Assembly (NCBI GenBank): GCA_965204375.1
Contig: OZ241986.1
Coordinates: 1,760,001-1,824,000, forward strand
Reading direction: 5' to 3'
DNA length: 64,000 bases
Source of the DNA: Candidatus Latescibacterota bacterium
Lineage (GTDB): Bacteria > Latescibacterota > UBA2968
Part shown: positions 18,770-28,243 of the stretch, one piece after another
Position numbering within the stretch: the first letter of the stretch is position 1
Layout of the letters: the number at the start of each line of letters is the position of its first letter
The notes under the pieces: model-generated
What the model was told of the DNA's origin: nothing
Databases searched by the model: none
Seen by the model: only the letters and a program-made list of their open reading frames with translations
Made by a program: the position numbers and the translations under genes

Positions 18770-20503
18770 ATGAAAACAGTACATATTCAATCATGTTTAG
18801 AACGAGGAGAGGTCCTACTCAAAAAGGCAGAAAGAGTTCTCAGAGATGCGCCTTTTGACAAGGTACGAGAGCTTGCCCAGCGGGTTCCGGGAGAAGTTGC
18901 ACCGCCTGATAAAGCTGTTCATGTAGTCTTTGCCGGCCAATACAGTGCAGGTAAGTCTTCGATCCTCAAAGTTATGACGGAACGAGAAGACATAGACATT
19001 GGGGCTGGAATCACGACCCAACAGGTGCAACGGCTCGACTGGAACGGCATCAAGGTCATAGACACACTTGGCGTCCATACGGAGATACGGCCCGATCACG
19101 ACGCAATAACGTACGAGGCAATCAGCAAAGCTGACCTCTTGGTCTTTGTCGTCACCAACGAGCTATTTGACGCCCATATCGCAGAGCATTTCAGGAAACT
19201 CGCTATTGAACGGGAAAAAGCCCACGAAATGTTGCTGGTCATAAATAAGATGCAACGACATGCCGAGGGGAATACACCAGCGGCGCAGGATGTGATCCGG
19301 GAAGATCTCCGAAAAGTCCTCGTGCCGTTTACCCCGGAACAACTTCGCCTTTCTTTTTTGGATGCTGAGGCTGCACTTGAGGCCCGCACAGAGGAGGACG
19401 AAGAGTTCCGAAGAATTTTTCACAAACGGAGTGGTTTTGACGCCTTTGTCGATAACTTCAATGCGTTCGTAAAAGAAAAAGGCTTGACCGCACGTTATAC
19501 AACATCGCTATATATCCTTGAACAGGTGCTTCAAGAGGCCCTCGCAGCCGAATCAAGCGACGATGGCGATGTGGACGACTTGCAAGAGTTGTTTCTTCAA
19601 CAACGAAATGCATTAGTGAGTGGTAAAGCACAGGTTTCTCAATCAGTGGAAAATAAGGTCCAACAGACGACAAACAAGATTCGGGAGGAAGGGCGCAAGG
19701 TCGCTGACCTAATTCGTGGAGATGCGGATAATGAGGCTGTTAATCGGGAATTAACGGCTGCTCAAGAGCGTATTGAAAAACAGGCAGGTGAGTTGTCGGA
19801 TTTCATCCAAAAAACTATGGAAGAGGGCATCAACGATCTCGCGGAGAGGGTGGGTCAAATCGCGGAGAGCGAATTCGCCAAAGAGTTGTTATCGAGGCTT
19901 AAAGAAAGAGTCCAAGATCTCGATATTGATCCAGAGATGTCGTCTAATATGAAACAAGTTGGAGATGTGACCCATCGGCTTGGGCAGTTCCTCGTAAAAA
20001 ATTCGTTTACTCCCAAAACCTCGACCTTCTCCGGTCTGTTCAAACTCAACCAGTATTCGGGTACAGAAACCCACAGCATGGTTAAAGATATAGGGCACTT
20101 TTTTGGAAAGTCCTTTAAACCGTGGGAGGCAGTAAAATGGACGCGTACAATCGCAAACGCGGGACGAGTTTTGCAAGTAGGAGGTTTTTTTTTGAGTGTT
20201 GTTATGCAGATCAAAGAAGACGCCGATGCAGCTAAGCTGGAACAGGATTTGCGCGAAGGCCGGGTGGCTGTGCGGGCGGGATTTAGTGATGCTGCCAATG
20301 CTATTGAACTCCATTTCGATGAAACGACCAACACTTATGTAGATCAAACCATCGGCAAGCGCATTGTGGAGATCGATGAGGAGCTTGAAGAACTCAGAGA
20401 TATGAAGCAATCTCGCAGCGATCTTTTTCAAGAACTCAATGCTCTGTTAGAAGATACACGGGAGCTTATTTCAGAGATGCATGTTGATAGCCATTCTGAA
20501 TGA
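18770..20503 (+). CDS. Dynamin-like GTPase, LeoA/HP0731-like (GTPase 2)
   Basis: G1 GQYSAGKS, G2 GITT, G3 DTLG, G4 NKM; IGHFFGKSFKPWEAVKW motif recalled from LeoA-like proteins; starts directly after the GTPase 1 stop. Confidence 0.8.
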   Translation: MKTVHIQSCLERGEVLLKKAERVLRDAPFDKVRELAQRVPGEVAPPDKAVHVVFAGQYSAGKSSILKVMTEREDIDIGAGITTQQVQRLDWNGIKVIDTLGVHTEIRPDHDAITYEAISKADLLVFVVTNELFDAHIAEHFRKLAIEREKAHEMLLVINKMQRHAEGNTPAAQDVIREDLRKVLVPFTPEQLRLSFLDAEAALEARTEEDEEFRRIFHKRSGFDAFVDNFNAFVKEKGLTARYTTSLYILEQVLQEALAAESSDDGDVDDLQELFLQQRNALVSGKAQVSQSVENKVQQTTNKIREEGRKVADLIRGDADNEAVNRELTAAQERIEKQAGELSDFIQKTMEEGINDLAERVGQIAESEFAKELLSRLKERVQDLDIDPEMSSNMKQVGDVTHRLGQFLVKNSFTPKTSTFSGLFKLNQYSGTETHSMVKDIGHFFGKSFKPWEAVKWTRTIANAGRVLQVGGFFLSVVMQIKEDADAAKLEQDLREGRVAVRAGFSDAANAIELHFDETTNTYVDQTIGKRIVEIDEELEELRDMKQSRSDLFQELNALLEDTRELISEMHVDSHSE

Positions 20504-20877
20504 CCTGAGATTGTACGAAGCTAGAAACGAAGGGATTTTTTATTTTGTTTTTTGAACTGCAAAGTGAATTTTCAAAAAAATCTTGACAGAACAATTAAGT
20601 TGCCCTTTTTATTTAGCCATGGCTGAGAAATGCCACCCAGATCTTTTTGTTCACAGAGGCTACAAAAACGGAATAACGCCATCAAAAAGGCACAGCTCCT
20701 CATTGACAGTGGCGGCTTAGCCTTTGAGCTTATTGAGTATGCAGCATTGGCGAGAATATCCAACAATAACCGCCTTACTGATTACTTGTATAATCTATCA
20801 CAGGAGGTTGTGTTAAAATGACTGATGTATCCAATGGTAGCGGATCAGGGGAGGGAGCCAGTGAACTTTGTTATCTC

Positions 20878-21144
20878 CTAAAAATCGTAGGGGCGCATTC
20901 CAAAAAGAGCTCTGTATTCTTCTGAGTCTTTCCCGTAGTCATCAATGATTTTTTCTTGCATAGCTTCCAGTATTGCTTCAAAATTGGGATTAGTTGGGTC
21001 ATACCCATTGGCATCAAAAATTTGTTTTCGAGCCTGACATAAAAGCTCTACTATGGGATACTGCTCCTTTTCTGGTGCAGATTCTCGTGCCTGATTCAGT
21101 TGCACTATATTTGCCAATATATGAGGATCTATGGTTATCTGCAT
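20878..21144 (-). CDS. Hypothetical protein (88 aa)
   Basis: Strong RBS AAAGGAGG 6 nt before ATG 21144 (MQITIDPH...); the longer ORF-track start lacks an RBS. Confidence 0.6.
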   Translation of the reverse strand: MQITIDPHILANIVQLNQARESAPEKEQYPIVELLCQARKQIFDANGYDPTNPNFEAILEAMQEKIIDDYGKDSEEYRALFGMRPYDF

Positions 21145-21299
21145 GGAAAGCCTCCTTTCAATTGCATTGTTGTAGCTTTCCTCAACGTTATCAAATTTCC
21201 CTCGCTCTGTCAACTCCATCCATGCCTTTTGATGTTCTGACCCATATCTTAGAGTAACCACTCTTACGGTGCTTTTCGCGGCACTTTCGTATATAATTG

Positions 21300-21530
21300 A
21301 GGGGTGTGCATAAAATGAGATTGACATAGTCGGTAAAAAGTCGCCACTTGTAGAAGCAACCAACTTCACAAGGAGGCGACCGATGGCAAAACCAAAATTC
21401 ACCGACTATGTCGAACTGATACATACACTTTTTGACAAGTTTGCACAAGCCCAAACACCCAAGCCCAAACGGGTCAAGTCCACACTTGTATATAATCCCT
21501 ACTCTAAAACCTAACCCAATACACACCCCT
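21300..21530 (+). mobile_element. Possible internally deleted IS / MITE-like remnant
   Basis: Imperfect terminal inverted repeats AGGGGTGTGCAT (21300) and ATACACACCCCT (21519-21530); internal AGGAGG RBS + short ORF from 21383 (MAKPKFTDYVELIHTLFDKFAQAQTPKPKR) resembling a transposase N-terminus. Confidence 0.4.
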
Positions 21531-21532
21531 TC

Positions 21533-21570
21533 AAAAATGACTCACTGATACATCCAGTGGGTCATTTTTT
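21533..21570. terminator. Bidirectional intrinsic terminator-like hairpin
   Basis: aaaaatgactcactg-atacatc-cagtgggtcattttt. Confidence 0.65.
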
Positions 21571-21650
21571 CGTTTTAACTGGTCATAGTTTCAACAATTT
21601 TATATATTCAACGGTCTCTCGAATAGAACGTCTTAACACTGGAGTCTAAA

Positions 21651-21932
21651 ATGTATTACAGCCCTGATAATCCCTCGATAGAACTACGCAAAGCTATCTT
21701 AAAGAAAGCATTCGAGTACAACGGCGGAGTTCCTAAAAACATAGCCATATCCGAACTAATATCCGAAAACGGAGTTTCACCCGAAAATCGAAATGTTTTT
21801 TGTCAGTGCATAGACAAAGAAATCGAAATACTTATCACCGAAAATCAATTAACCATTGATAACTCAAGAGGTCTAAATTTGCTTATGCTTACACCGTTAT
21901 CCGATCTTTCAGGAATAAAAAAATTTAAATGA
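21651..21932 (+). CDS. Hypothetical protein (93 aa, AT-rich; possibly wHTH-like)
   Basis: GGAG RBS before ATG; followed by a terminator. Confidence 0.55.
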   Translation: MYYSPDNPSIELRKAILKKAFEYNGGVPKNIAISELISENGVSPENRNVFCQCIDKEIEILITENQLTIDNSRGLNLLMLTPLSDLSGIKKFK

Positions 21933-21967
21933 TGTAATCCATTACGATTGCAAAATCCAGTGACCAT

Positions 21968-21996
21968 ACCCCACCAACCCCGTTGGTGGGGTTTTT
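21968..21996 (+). terminator. Intrinsic terminator
   Basis: accccaccaac-ccc-gttggtggggt followed by tttt. Confidence 0.75.
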
Positions 21997-22142
21997 CTTT
22001 CCAACACAAAAACATGCTGCTCAACACAACCTTTTACATTATATTTTCTGTATATCCAAATAAGCGGTACGAGGCGATCTGCCAATCGCCCCGCATCATC
22101 CCAATCACCATGACTCCTACACAATGAAAGGGGATTTCTGCC

Positions 22143-22400
22143 ATGACTCCTTTTGAAAACGTTGAAATTGATGTACGTCTTAACACTCTTGCCATCACCG
22201 GAGAATACAAGAAAACAGGTGAAAAAATAGTAGTCCAACTTACAAAACCCGTACCGAAAATAATCAATAACAATATCTACGGAGATTACAGAATGTCGCA
22301 CCATCCGCTAAACCAAGAACTAATATCGTGCCTAAATGAATCTGACACCTTCACCATACATCATTTCTTATCCTTTTTTCCCATCACTTTTGATCACTGA
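22143..22400 (+). CDS. Hypothetical protein (85 aa)
   Basis: AAAGGGA RBS before ATG; no recognisable motif. Confidence 0.45.
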   Translation: MTPFENVEIDVRLNTLAITGEYKKTGEKIVVQLTKPVPKIINNNIYGDYRMSHHPLNQELISCLNESDTFTIHHFLSFFPITFDH

Positions 22401-22524
22401 ATCAAAAACGAAACACATAAACATTAAACCATAAATAACAAATACTTATACCCAATTTTTCACTTTTGTATATAATCCCCAAAAATTTGATGCGCGCTTC
22501 GCACATGCTTATGGCGTCTCAGAA

Positions 22525-23175
22525 GTGGCTCGCTATCTAAATATTCCGCCATCTACGCTCAGGTACTGGATATCAGGAGTTAGGTATCACTCTGCCCGAA
22601 GCAACTTTGAACCCGTTATTAGTGTACCTCCAGCGGAAATCGTGCAACTATCCTTTGTCAACTTAGTGGAAGCCCATGTCCTGGTGGCACTCCGCAGAGT
22701 CCACAAAGTGCGTTTGCAGGATATCCGGGTAGCACTGGACACGCTTGAAAAACAGTTTCCCAGACAACCTCATCCTCTGGCTTTTGAGACTTTCGCAATG
22801 GATGGAAAAGATCTGTTCTTAAAACATATCGGGCAGCTTATCAATCTCTCCAGGCGCGGACAACTGGAAATGGAAGAAGTTATCGACATGTATCTTCATC
22901 GTATTGAGTATGATACAAGTGGTCCTATTATCTTATACCCCTTTACACGAGACCCACTCCAGGAAGATGATCAACCGAAAGCCGTCTTGATAAATCCCTA
23001 CATTTCCTTTGGTCGTCCTGTGCTCGCGGGAAAAGGCGTGCCGACCGAATTGATCTTTGAGCGGTTTAACGCAGGTGAGTTAATAGATACACTGGCTAAA
23101 GATTATGGACGTGAGAGGTGGGAGATTGAAGAAACGATCCGGTATGAATCAGCCAGAGGCAGAAAAGCCGCTTGA
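22525..23175 (+). CDS. DUF433-domain antitoxin (VapB45-like), possibly 5'-truncated
   Basis: HTH ARYLNIPPSTLRYW, LSFVNLVEAH, C-terminal INPYISFGRPVLAGKGVPT...AKDY DUF433; the frame stays open upstream (AYGVSEV) with no ATG. Confidence 0.8.
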   Translation: MARYLNIPPSTLRYWISGVRYHSARSNFEPVISVPPAEIVQLSFVNLVEAHVLVALRRVHKVRLQDIRVALDTLEKQFPRQPHPLAFETFAMDGKDLFLKHIGQLINLSRRGQLEMEEVIDMYLHRIEYDTSGPIILYPFTRDPLQEDDQPKAVLINPYISFGRPVLAGKGVPTELIFERFNAGELIDTLAKDYGRERWEIEETIRYESARGRKAA

Positions 23176-23267
23176 CCTTCCACTCGTTTTTGTGGAATAT
23201 ATCTCAATCAGTAAACTTGTGAGGAGTCATTGAAAGCGACTTCAATTGAGATGCGAATAAAGAGGTT

Positions 23268-23525
23268 TTGACGATGAAACCCCCACACTGGTCACAAGCT
23301 GATTCACGCGAAGCCAAACAGATCTGGGAGGAATACCAAAAGCAGCATAATCTCTCGGATCGGATTGGACAAACAGCGGGTATTGATCCAAAAAGTAAGC
23401 GCATTTGGTTTGGTTCTTCAATTAGAGATATTGTCCTCCAAAGAAATACTGAAGGATTGAATTCTCCTCTTTTTTTTCAACGAGTCGGTTCTGAAACCTA
23501 TTTCCGTAAAAGAGTTCGTCGGTGA
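23268..23525 (+). CDS. Hypothetical small protein (DUF5678-like?)
   Basis: GQTAGIDPKSKRIWFG...PLFFQRVG pattern; GAGG RBS. Confidence 0.55.
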   Translation: MTMKPPHWSQADSREAKQIWEEYQKQHNLSDRIGQTAGIDPKSKRIWFGSSIRDIVLQRNTEGLNSPLFFQRVGSETYFRKRVRR

Positions 23526-23526
23526 T

Positions 23527-23760
23527 TCACGGAACCGCTTTAGCTGATGAATACGATTCTGTCAGTGTATAAGACGTTTCTTCATCTTCCATACCACGCA
23601 TCGCCGATTTAAGAGATAAGTCGGTCCACATCGTATCTTCTTCACGAGCTTTCGGTATTTTGTGCCGCGATTTAAGAAATTCGACAAAATCGAGAACTTC
23701 CCGCAGTACAGGCTCTGGTAAAGTTTGCAAATGTTGAGAAATCTGATCTGCTGTTGTCAT
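23527..23760 (-). CDS. DUF2281-domain protein (antitoxin-like)
   Basis: LQTLPEPVLREVLDFVEFLK signature; GAGG RBS before ATG 23760. Confidence 0.75.
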   Translation of the reverse strand: MTTADQISQHLQTLPEPVLREVLDFVEFLKSRHKIPKAREEDTMWTDLSLKSAMRGMEDEETSYTLTESYSSAKAVP

Positions 23761-23809
23761 AGCAAAATCCTCATAAAAAACGAGCGTACACAGGTTCGTT
23801 CCTCCATAA

Positions 23810-24568
23810 TCACCCCACCCGAATCCGGTTGATCTTGCTCGCTGCGACACCCGCGCCAAATCCATTATCGATATTGACCACAGTCACGCCCGACGCACAA
23901 CTGTTCAACATCCCCAGCAACGCTGCCAACCCCTTGAAACTCGCCCCATATCCCACGCTGGTCGGCACGGCAATAAGCGGCACATCGACCAAACCACCAA
24001 CCACACTGGGCAGTGCCCCTTCCATACCGGCCACCACGATAATCACACTTGCATCCGATAGACGCTCCCTGCATGCCAGCAAACGGTGAATCCCGGCAAC
24101 CCCCACATCGTAAAGTGTTTCGACATCATTGCCCATCACCCGCGCGGTTTCCACGGCTTCTTCTGCCACGGGCAAATCGGATGTGCCCGCAGATACGACC
24201 AGAATTTTACCAACTGTTTCCGCAGCGGGAATCTCTCCTGCGACAACTACTGTGCGAGCGAGTGAGTTGACATTTGCACCGGGATATTTTGCGACCAGAG
24301 CATCCCGCATCTCTGCATTTGTGCGCGTCGCCAGCAGTGTCGCCCCCGATGACACAATGCGATCTGCTATAGCGACCACCTGCTCAACCGTCTTTCCCTC
24401 GCAAAAAATAACCTCGGGAAACCCCTGCCTCAGCGTGCGGTGGTGGTCAATCCGCGCAAAACCAAGCTCTTCAAAAGGCAAGTGTGCGAGGTGTGCAAAC
24501 GCCTCATCCACATCTGTTTGCCCCTGTGCAACAGCCTCTAACAACGCGCGTATGCGTTCTGGTGTCAC
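23810..24568 (-). CDS. larB: Nickel-pincer cofactor biosynthesis protein LarB
   Basis: [56 protein letters not shown]. Confidence 0.93.
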   Translation of the reverse strand: MTPERIRALLEAVAQGQTDVDEAFAHLAHLPFEELGFARIDHHRTLRQGFPEVIFCEGKTVEQVVAIADRIVSSGATLLATRTNAEMRDALVAKYPGANVNSLARTVVVAGEIPAAETVGKILVVSAGTSDLPVAEEAVETARVMGNDVETLYDVGVAGIHRLLACRERLSDASVIIVVAGMEGALPSVVGGLVDVPLIAVPTSVGYGASFKGLAALLGMLNSCASGVTVVNIDNGFGAGVAASKINRIRVG

Positions 24569-25548
24569 GCTGCCCCCCCCGCTTTGATCTGTCCCAGCAA
24601 ATCCATGAGATGATTCGGATCGTCTTCTGTCATCAACGTGCGGCGATAACGCGCCGCGCTGGACACCCCCTTGATATATGCCGCGAGATGCCGGCGCATT
24701 TCCAGGACGCCATAGCGCAGTCCCTTAAACGCGATGGACGCCTTGAGATGGTGAACAGCCATTTCCAGACGGTCATCCTCCGTTGGTCCGGGCAATAATT
24801 CTCCTGTATTCAGAAAGACTTCCATGCGCTTAAAAAGCCATGGATTGCCAATAGCCCATCGCCCCACCATCACCAGATCGCAACCCGTTTTCTGCATCAT
24901 CTCCTTTGCAGCCTCTGGCCCACGCACATCGCCATTGCCAATTACGGGAATCGAAACCGCGTTTTTGACTTCTGCGATAATATCCCAGTCTGCTCTGCCC
25001 GCAAATTTTGCCTCGCGCGTGCGCCCATGCACGGCAATTGCCGCTGCACCAGAATCTTCAGCAATCCGCGCAACTTCCACTGCCTGATTGGCTTGCGACC
25101 ATCCACTTCTAATTTTTAGAGTCACGGGAATATCAACCGTGCGTACCATTGCTGCAATGATCTGTCCCAGTCGATCAGGTGTATTGAGCAGAGCCGCACC
25201 CGCGTTTTTTGTCACGATTTTTTTAACCGGGCACCCGCAATTGATGTCGATAATATCCGGATTGCGCTCTGCCACAACCCGAGCACCTTCGGCCATGACC
25301 TCGGGTTCTGAGCCGAACAACTGCGCGGAAATCGGAAACTCATCGGGTTCAAAATCGAGATATTGATTCGACCTTTCACTGCCCTCGGCCAATCCCTTGG
25401 CACTGACCATCTCCGTGACCGCAAAACTCGCGCCCTGTTGCCTGCACAGCATGCGAAACGACCGGTCTGTAATACCAGCCAATGGCGCCAACGCTGTCCG
25501 CCCGGGAATATTTACATTGCCGATTTGTACGCCCATATCATCACTCAT
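24565..25548 (-). CDS. dusB: tRNA-dihydrouridine synthase B
   Basis: [34 protein letters not shown]. Confidence 0.92.
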   Translation of the reverse strand: MSDDMGVQIGNVNIPGRTALAPLAGITDRSFRMLCRQQGASFAVTEMVSAKGLAEGSERSNQYLDFEPDEFPISAQLFGSEPEVMAEGARVVAERNPDIIDINCGCPVKKIVTKNAGAALLNTPDRLGQIIAAMVRTVDIPVTLKIRSGWSQANQAVEVARIAEDSGAAAIAVHGRTREAKFAGRADWDIIAEVKNAVSIPVIGNGDVRGPEAAKEMMQKTGCDLVMVGRWAIGNPWLFKRMEVFLNTGELLPGPTEDDRLEMAVHHLKASIAFKGLRYGVLEMRRHLAAYIKGVSSAARYRRTLMTEDDPNHLMDLLGQIKAGGAA

Positions 25549-26393
25549 CCCGATGTTTCTCGCGCCTCTAACAACACTTTTGACAATTGTTCGGCAAATT
25601 TCACCTGACTATTGTCCTCGGGTTCATAGCCGATTTTCTTTCGCGCATTGGAGATCGTCCAGAAATTGTGCGAATTGCCACTAATACCGTAAAATATCTG
25701 AAATGGAATCCCATATTCATTTTCGATATTTTCAGCCTCGATGCTCTTCACAATCAACTGCACCTGATCCCGGATGCTCAAATACGCCCCCAACCCCCGA
25801 TGCATGCTTTTCAAATTCGTGGATTTTGCGCGATCCATATCCGTCTCGCGCGGGCCACCTATCCGAATCTGCACATTTTCCAATTTCTTGCCATCATTCA
25901 TCAATCCCGTTGCAAAGGTAAAGCCCAACAACTCGTATTGCGCCTTTGCCCAGCCGTAATAATTATCGGAAAGCGGATACATCTCTGGCGTTACAAATTC
26001 CTGCTTGCCCGCCCAGATCAGATTTTCGTAATAATCTGCCGCGTGATTTGAACTGATGATCACGGCGCGCCGAACATTTTCCTCCACACACGTCTGATAC
26101 ACATTGTGCGCCATATCGATATTCGTCATCTCTGCCCAAAAGCGATCCGCATCGTCTTTTGTCCGCACAAATCCGCAGTGGATAATCGCATCCTGCCCTC
26201 TGAAATACTCCCGATACGCATCCCGATCTCGGTTCGTCAAATCCGCAATCACCACATCACTTACTTCCTCGCCTTCGCGATTGGTCGTCTTCACGTCTAA
26301 GACCGTCAGGTCATACCGCTCGCGCAATACAGGCAACATCCGACCAGCCACATAACCCGTCCCCCCCGTAATGAGTACTTTTCTCTTTGACAT
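25545..26393 (-). CDS. NAD-dependent epimerase/dehydratase (uronate dehydrogenase-like)
   Basis: LITGGTGYVA, SSNHA, YYGWAK (YxxxK). Confidence 0.85.
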   Translation of the reverse strand: MSKRKVLITGGTGYVAGRMLPVLRERYDLTVLDVKTTNREGEEVSDVVIADLTNRDRDAYREYFRGQDAIIHCGFVRTKDDADRFWAEMTNIDMAHNVYQTCVEENVRRAVIISSNHAADYYENLIWAGKQEFVTPEMYPLSDNYYGWAKAQYELLGFTFATGLMNDGKKLENVQIRIGGPRETDMDRAKSTNLKSMHRGLGAYLSIRDQVQLIVKSIEAENIENEYGIPFQIFYGISGNSHNFWTISNARKKIGYEPEDNSQVKFAEQLSKVLLEARETSG

Positions 26394-26414
26394 ATCTGCT
26401 CCTCAAATCAACCA

Positions 26415-27173
26415 TCACGACAATGGAAACGGCATCCCGACCTTTGGAAAATGTCCAAATTGATCTTCGCCGCGCAATACAATAGGTTCCCATGACTGCT
26501 TGTGTGAATTGAGCGTGGTCTGTTTGACATGTGGAGGAATGAACCGAACCGTCAGCCCGCACCGCCGTCGATTTGACCGATTGGGATTGCTCGCGTGGAA
26601 TAATTGCCCGTCGTGAACCGACATCTGCCCGGCTTTCAACACAATATCGATCGCCGTGCTATCATCGACATATTCATCCGGAATCTCCTGATTAATACTC
26701 AACAAATTGCCTTCCCGCGCGGATTTGTCGTGTACTGCAATCCCATTTTTGTGCGACCCCGGTATGAAGCGCATACACCCATTCTCCACATCCGCATCGT
26801 CAATAGCGATCCATGCCGTGTGTGCAATAGGCGGTTTCAGGCCCCAGTACGTAATATCTTGATGCCAAGCCACGAATATCTTTGCCTCTGGATCGGGATA
26901 TTTGCAAAAAAAGTGGGTGGATAACAGCATCACATTGTCGCCCATCACAGCCTGCATTATGTCTAAGATCCGCTTATCCGTTGCCAGTTGCCAGATAAAT
27001 GCCTCGTCAAAATGCCGCCCCTGCAAACCGATCTGGCACTTCTCCTTGCCTTCACGCGCTTCCAAATCGTCAAATAATGCGCGAAATTGACCGATCTCGC
27101 GTACTGAAAACACATCGACTTCTGTCAAAAATCCCTGCGTCTCGTAAGTTTCGACCATAGAATCCAAAGGCAT
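26415..27173 (-). CDS. Phytanoyl-CoA dioxygenase (PhyH)-family protein
   Basis: WHQD, AWIAIDD..VENGCMRFIPGSH, HAS..N...RR. Confidence 0.9.
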   Translation of the reverse strand: MPLDSMVETYETQGFLTEVDVFSVREIGQFRALFDDLEAREGKEKCQIGLQGRHFDEAFIWQLATDKRILDIMQAVMGDNVMLLSTHFFCKYPDPEAKIFVAWHQDITYWGLKPPIAHTAWIAIDDADVENGCMRFIPGSHKNGIAVHDKSAREGNLLSINQEIPDEYVDDSTAIDIVLKAGQMSVHDGQLFHASNPNRSNRRRCGLTVRFIPPHVKQTTLNSHKQSWEPIVLRGEDQFGHFPKVGMPFPLS

Positions 27174-27337
27174 GGTGCGTTCCTTTCGTGAGCAATGGTG
27201 AGTTGTATATAAATTATGAGGAATATCTCACACGCGCAACCCGTTTTCCAAATTGCCTAAAAAAAGAACCGGTTCAAAAGCGATACAATGCATAGTGCTC
27301 GCTATCAAACCGGCTTTTAACCGTTCTATCACCTGTA

Positions 27338-28210
27338 TCAGACACCTATCTCGCGCAAAAAAGACGGACTCAGCGTACCGCGCGCCACCTCTGCCACAGG
27401 TCCCGCCATTGTCAGATTAAATTCTTCATCCACATCGATCATCAACGTGCCTCCGGGAGCTTCTACCGTCACAGGTGATGCCACCAGTCCCAAACGCACC
27501 GCAGCACTTGCCGCAGCACATGACGAAGACCCCGACGCCTGCGTTTCGCCTGCGCCGCGTTCCCAGATCAAAATGAAAATTTTATGGTCGCCTGTGGGCA
27601 CGACCAACTGCACATTGGTTCGCCTCGGAAAAATCTCGTGGTTCTCCAACTCAGGTCCCAGCCGCAACAAATCATCGCGCGACCACGCATCGCCCCTGAG
27701 CTTAAACACCACACAATGGGGATTGCCTACGCTCACACCCGTAAAAACCATATCCTCGCCAGCAGCGGTAATCGGCTGTTCGATCAGTTCTTTCACCTCG
27801 AGTGAACACGGCAATGCCTCTGGTTCAAACGTCGCCTCCCCCATCTCCACAGTCGCCGCACTCGCATCGCCCCATTCGTCGATATGCAAATCAATATGAA
27901 CCAGTCCCCCCGGTGTATCGACCGAGAATGATGTCTTGTCTAATTTACCAGTGGCATGCAAATACCGCGCAAAAATCCTCAGCCCATTGCCCGATTTCTC
28001 CGCCTCGCTGCCATCTGGATTCCATATCCGCAACCCAAAATCCGCGCGATCAGACGCTTCCAATGTCAAAATACCATCACTCCCCACCCCCCAGTTGCGA
28101 TCACAGATTTTCTCAATATGCTCTGGCGTCAATTCAAATGTCAGTTCTTTTGGATCCATCACCAGATAATCATTGCCCAATCCATGACCCTTAAAAAATC
28201 CGTTCTCCAT
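27338..28210 (-). CDS. dapF: Diaminopimelate epimerase-like protein (Ser/Ser active site)
   Basis: KGHGLGNDY, CDRNWGVGSDG, NPDGSEAEKSGNG, GNPH, WERGAGETQASGS. Confidence 0.85.
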   Translation of the reverse strand: MENGFFKGHGLGNDYLVMDPKELTFELTPEHIEKICDRNWGVGSDGILTLEASDRADFGLRIWNPDGSEAEKSGNGLRIFARYLHATGKLDKTSFSVDTPGGLVHIDLHIDEWGDASAATVEMGEATFEPEALPCSLEVKELIEQPITAAGEDMVFTGVSVGNPHCVVFKLRGDAWSRDDLLRLGPELENHEIFPRRTNVQLVVPTGDHKIFILIWERGAGETQASGSSSCAAASAAVRLGLVASPVTVEAPGGTLMIDVDEEFNLTMAGPVAEVARGTLSPSFLREIGV

Positions 28211-28243
28211 AATTACTCCTGTTTTTGTAGTAGTCTGAACACG

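Noticed and set aside
21628-22187. 13-bp direct repeat ACGTCTTAACACT at 21628 and 22175
   Set aside because: Only two short copies with unrelated flanks; cannot be distinguished from chance.
23810-24568. Complete lactate racemase (lar) cluster
   Set aside because: Only larB is present; larA, larC and larE are not in this window, and dispersed lar genes are common.
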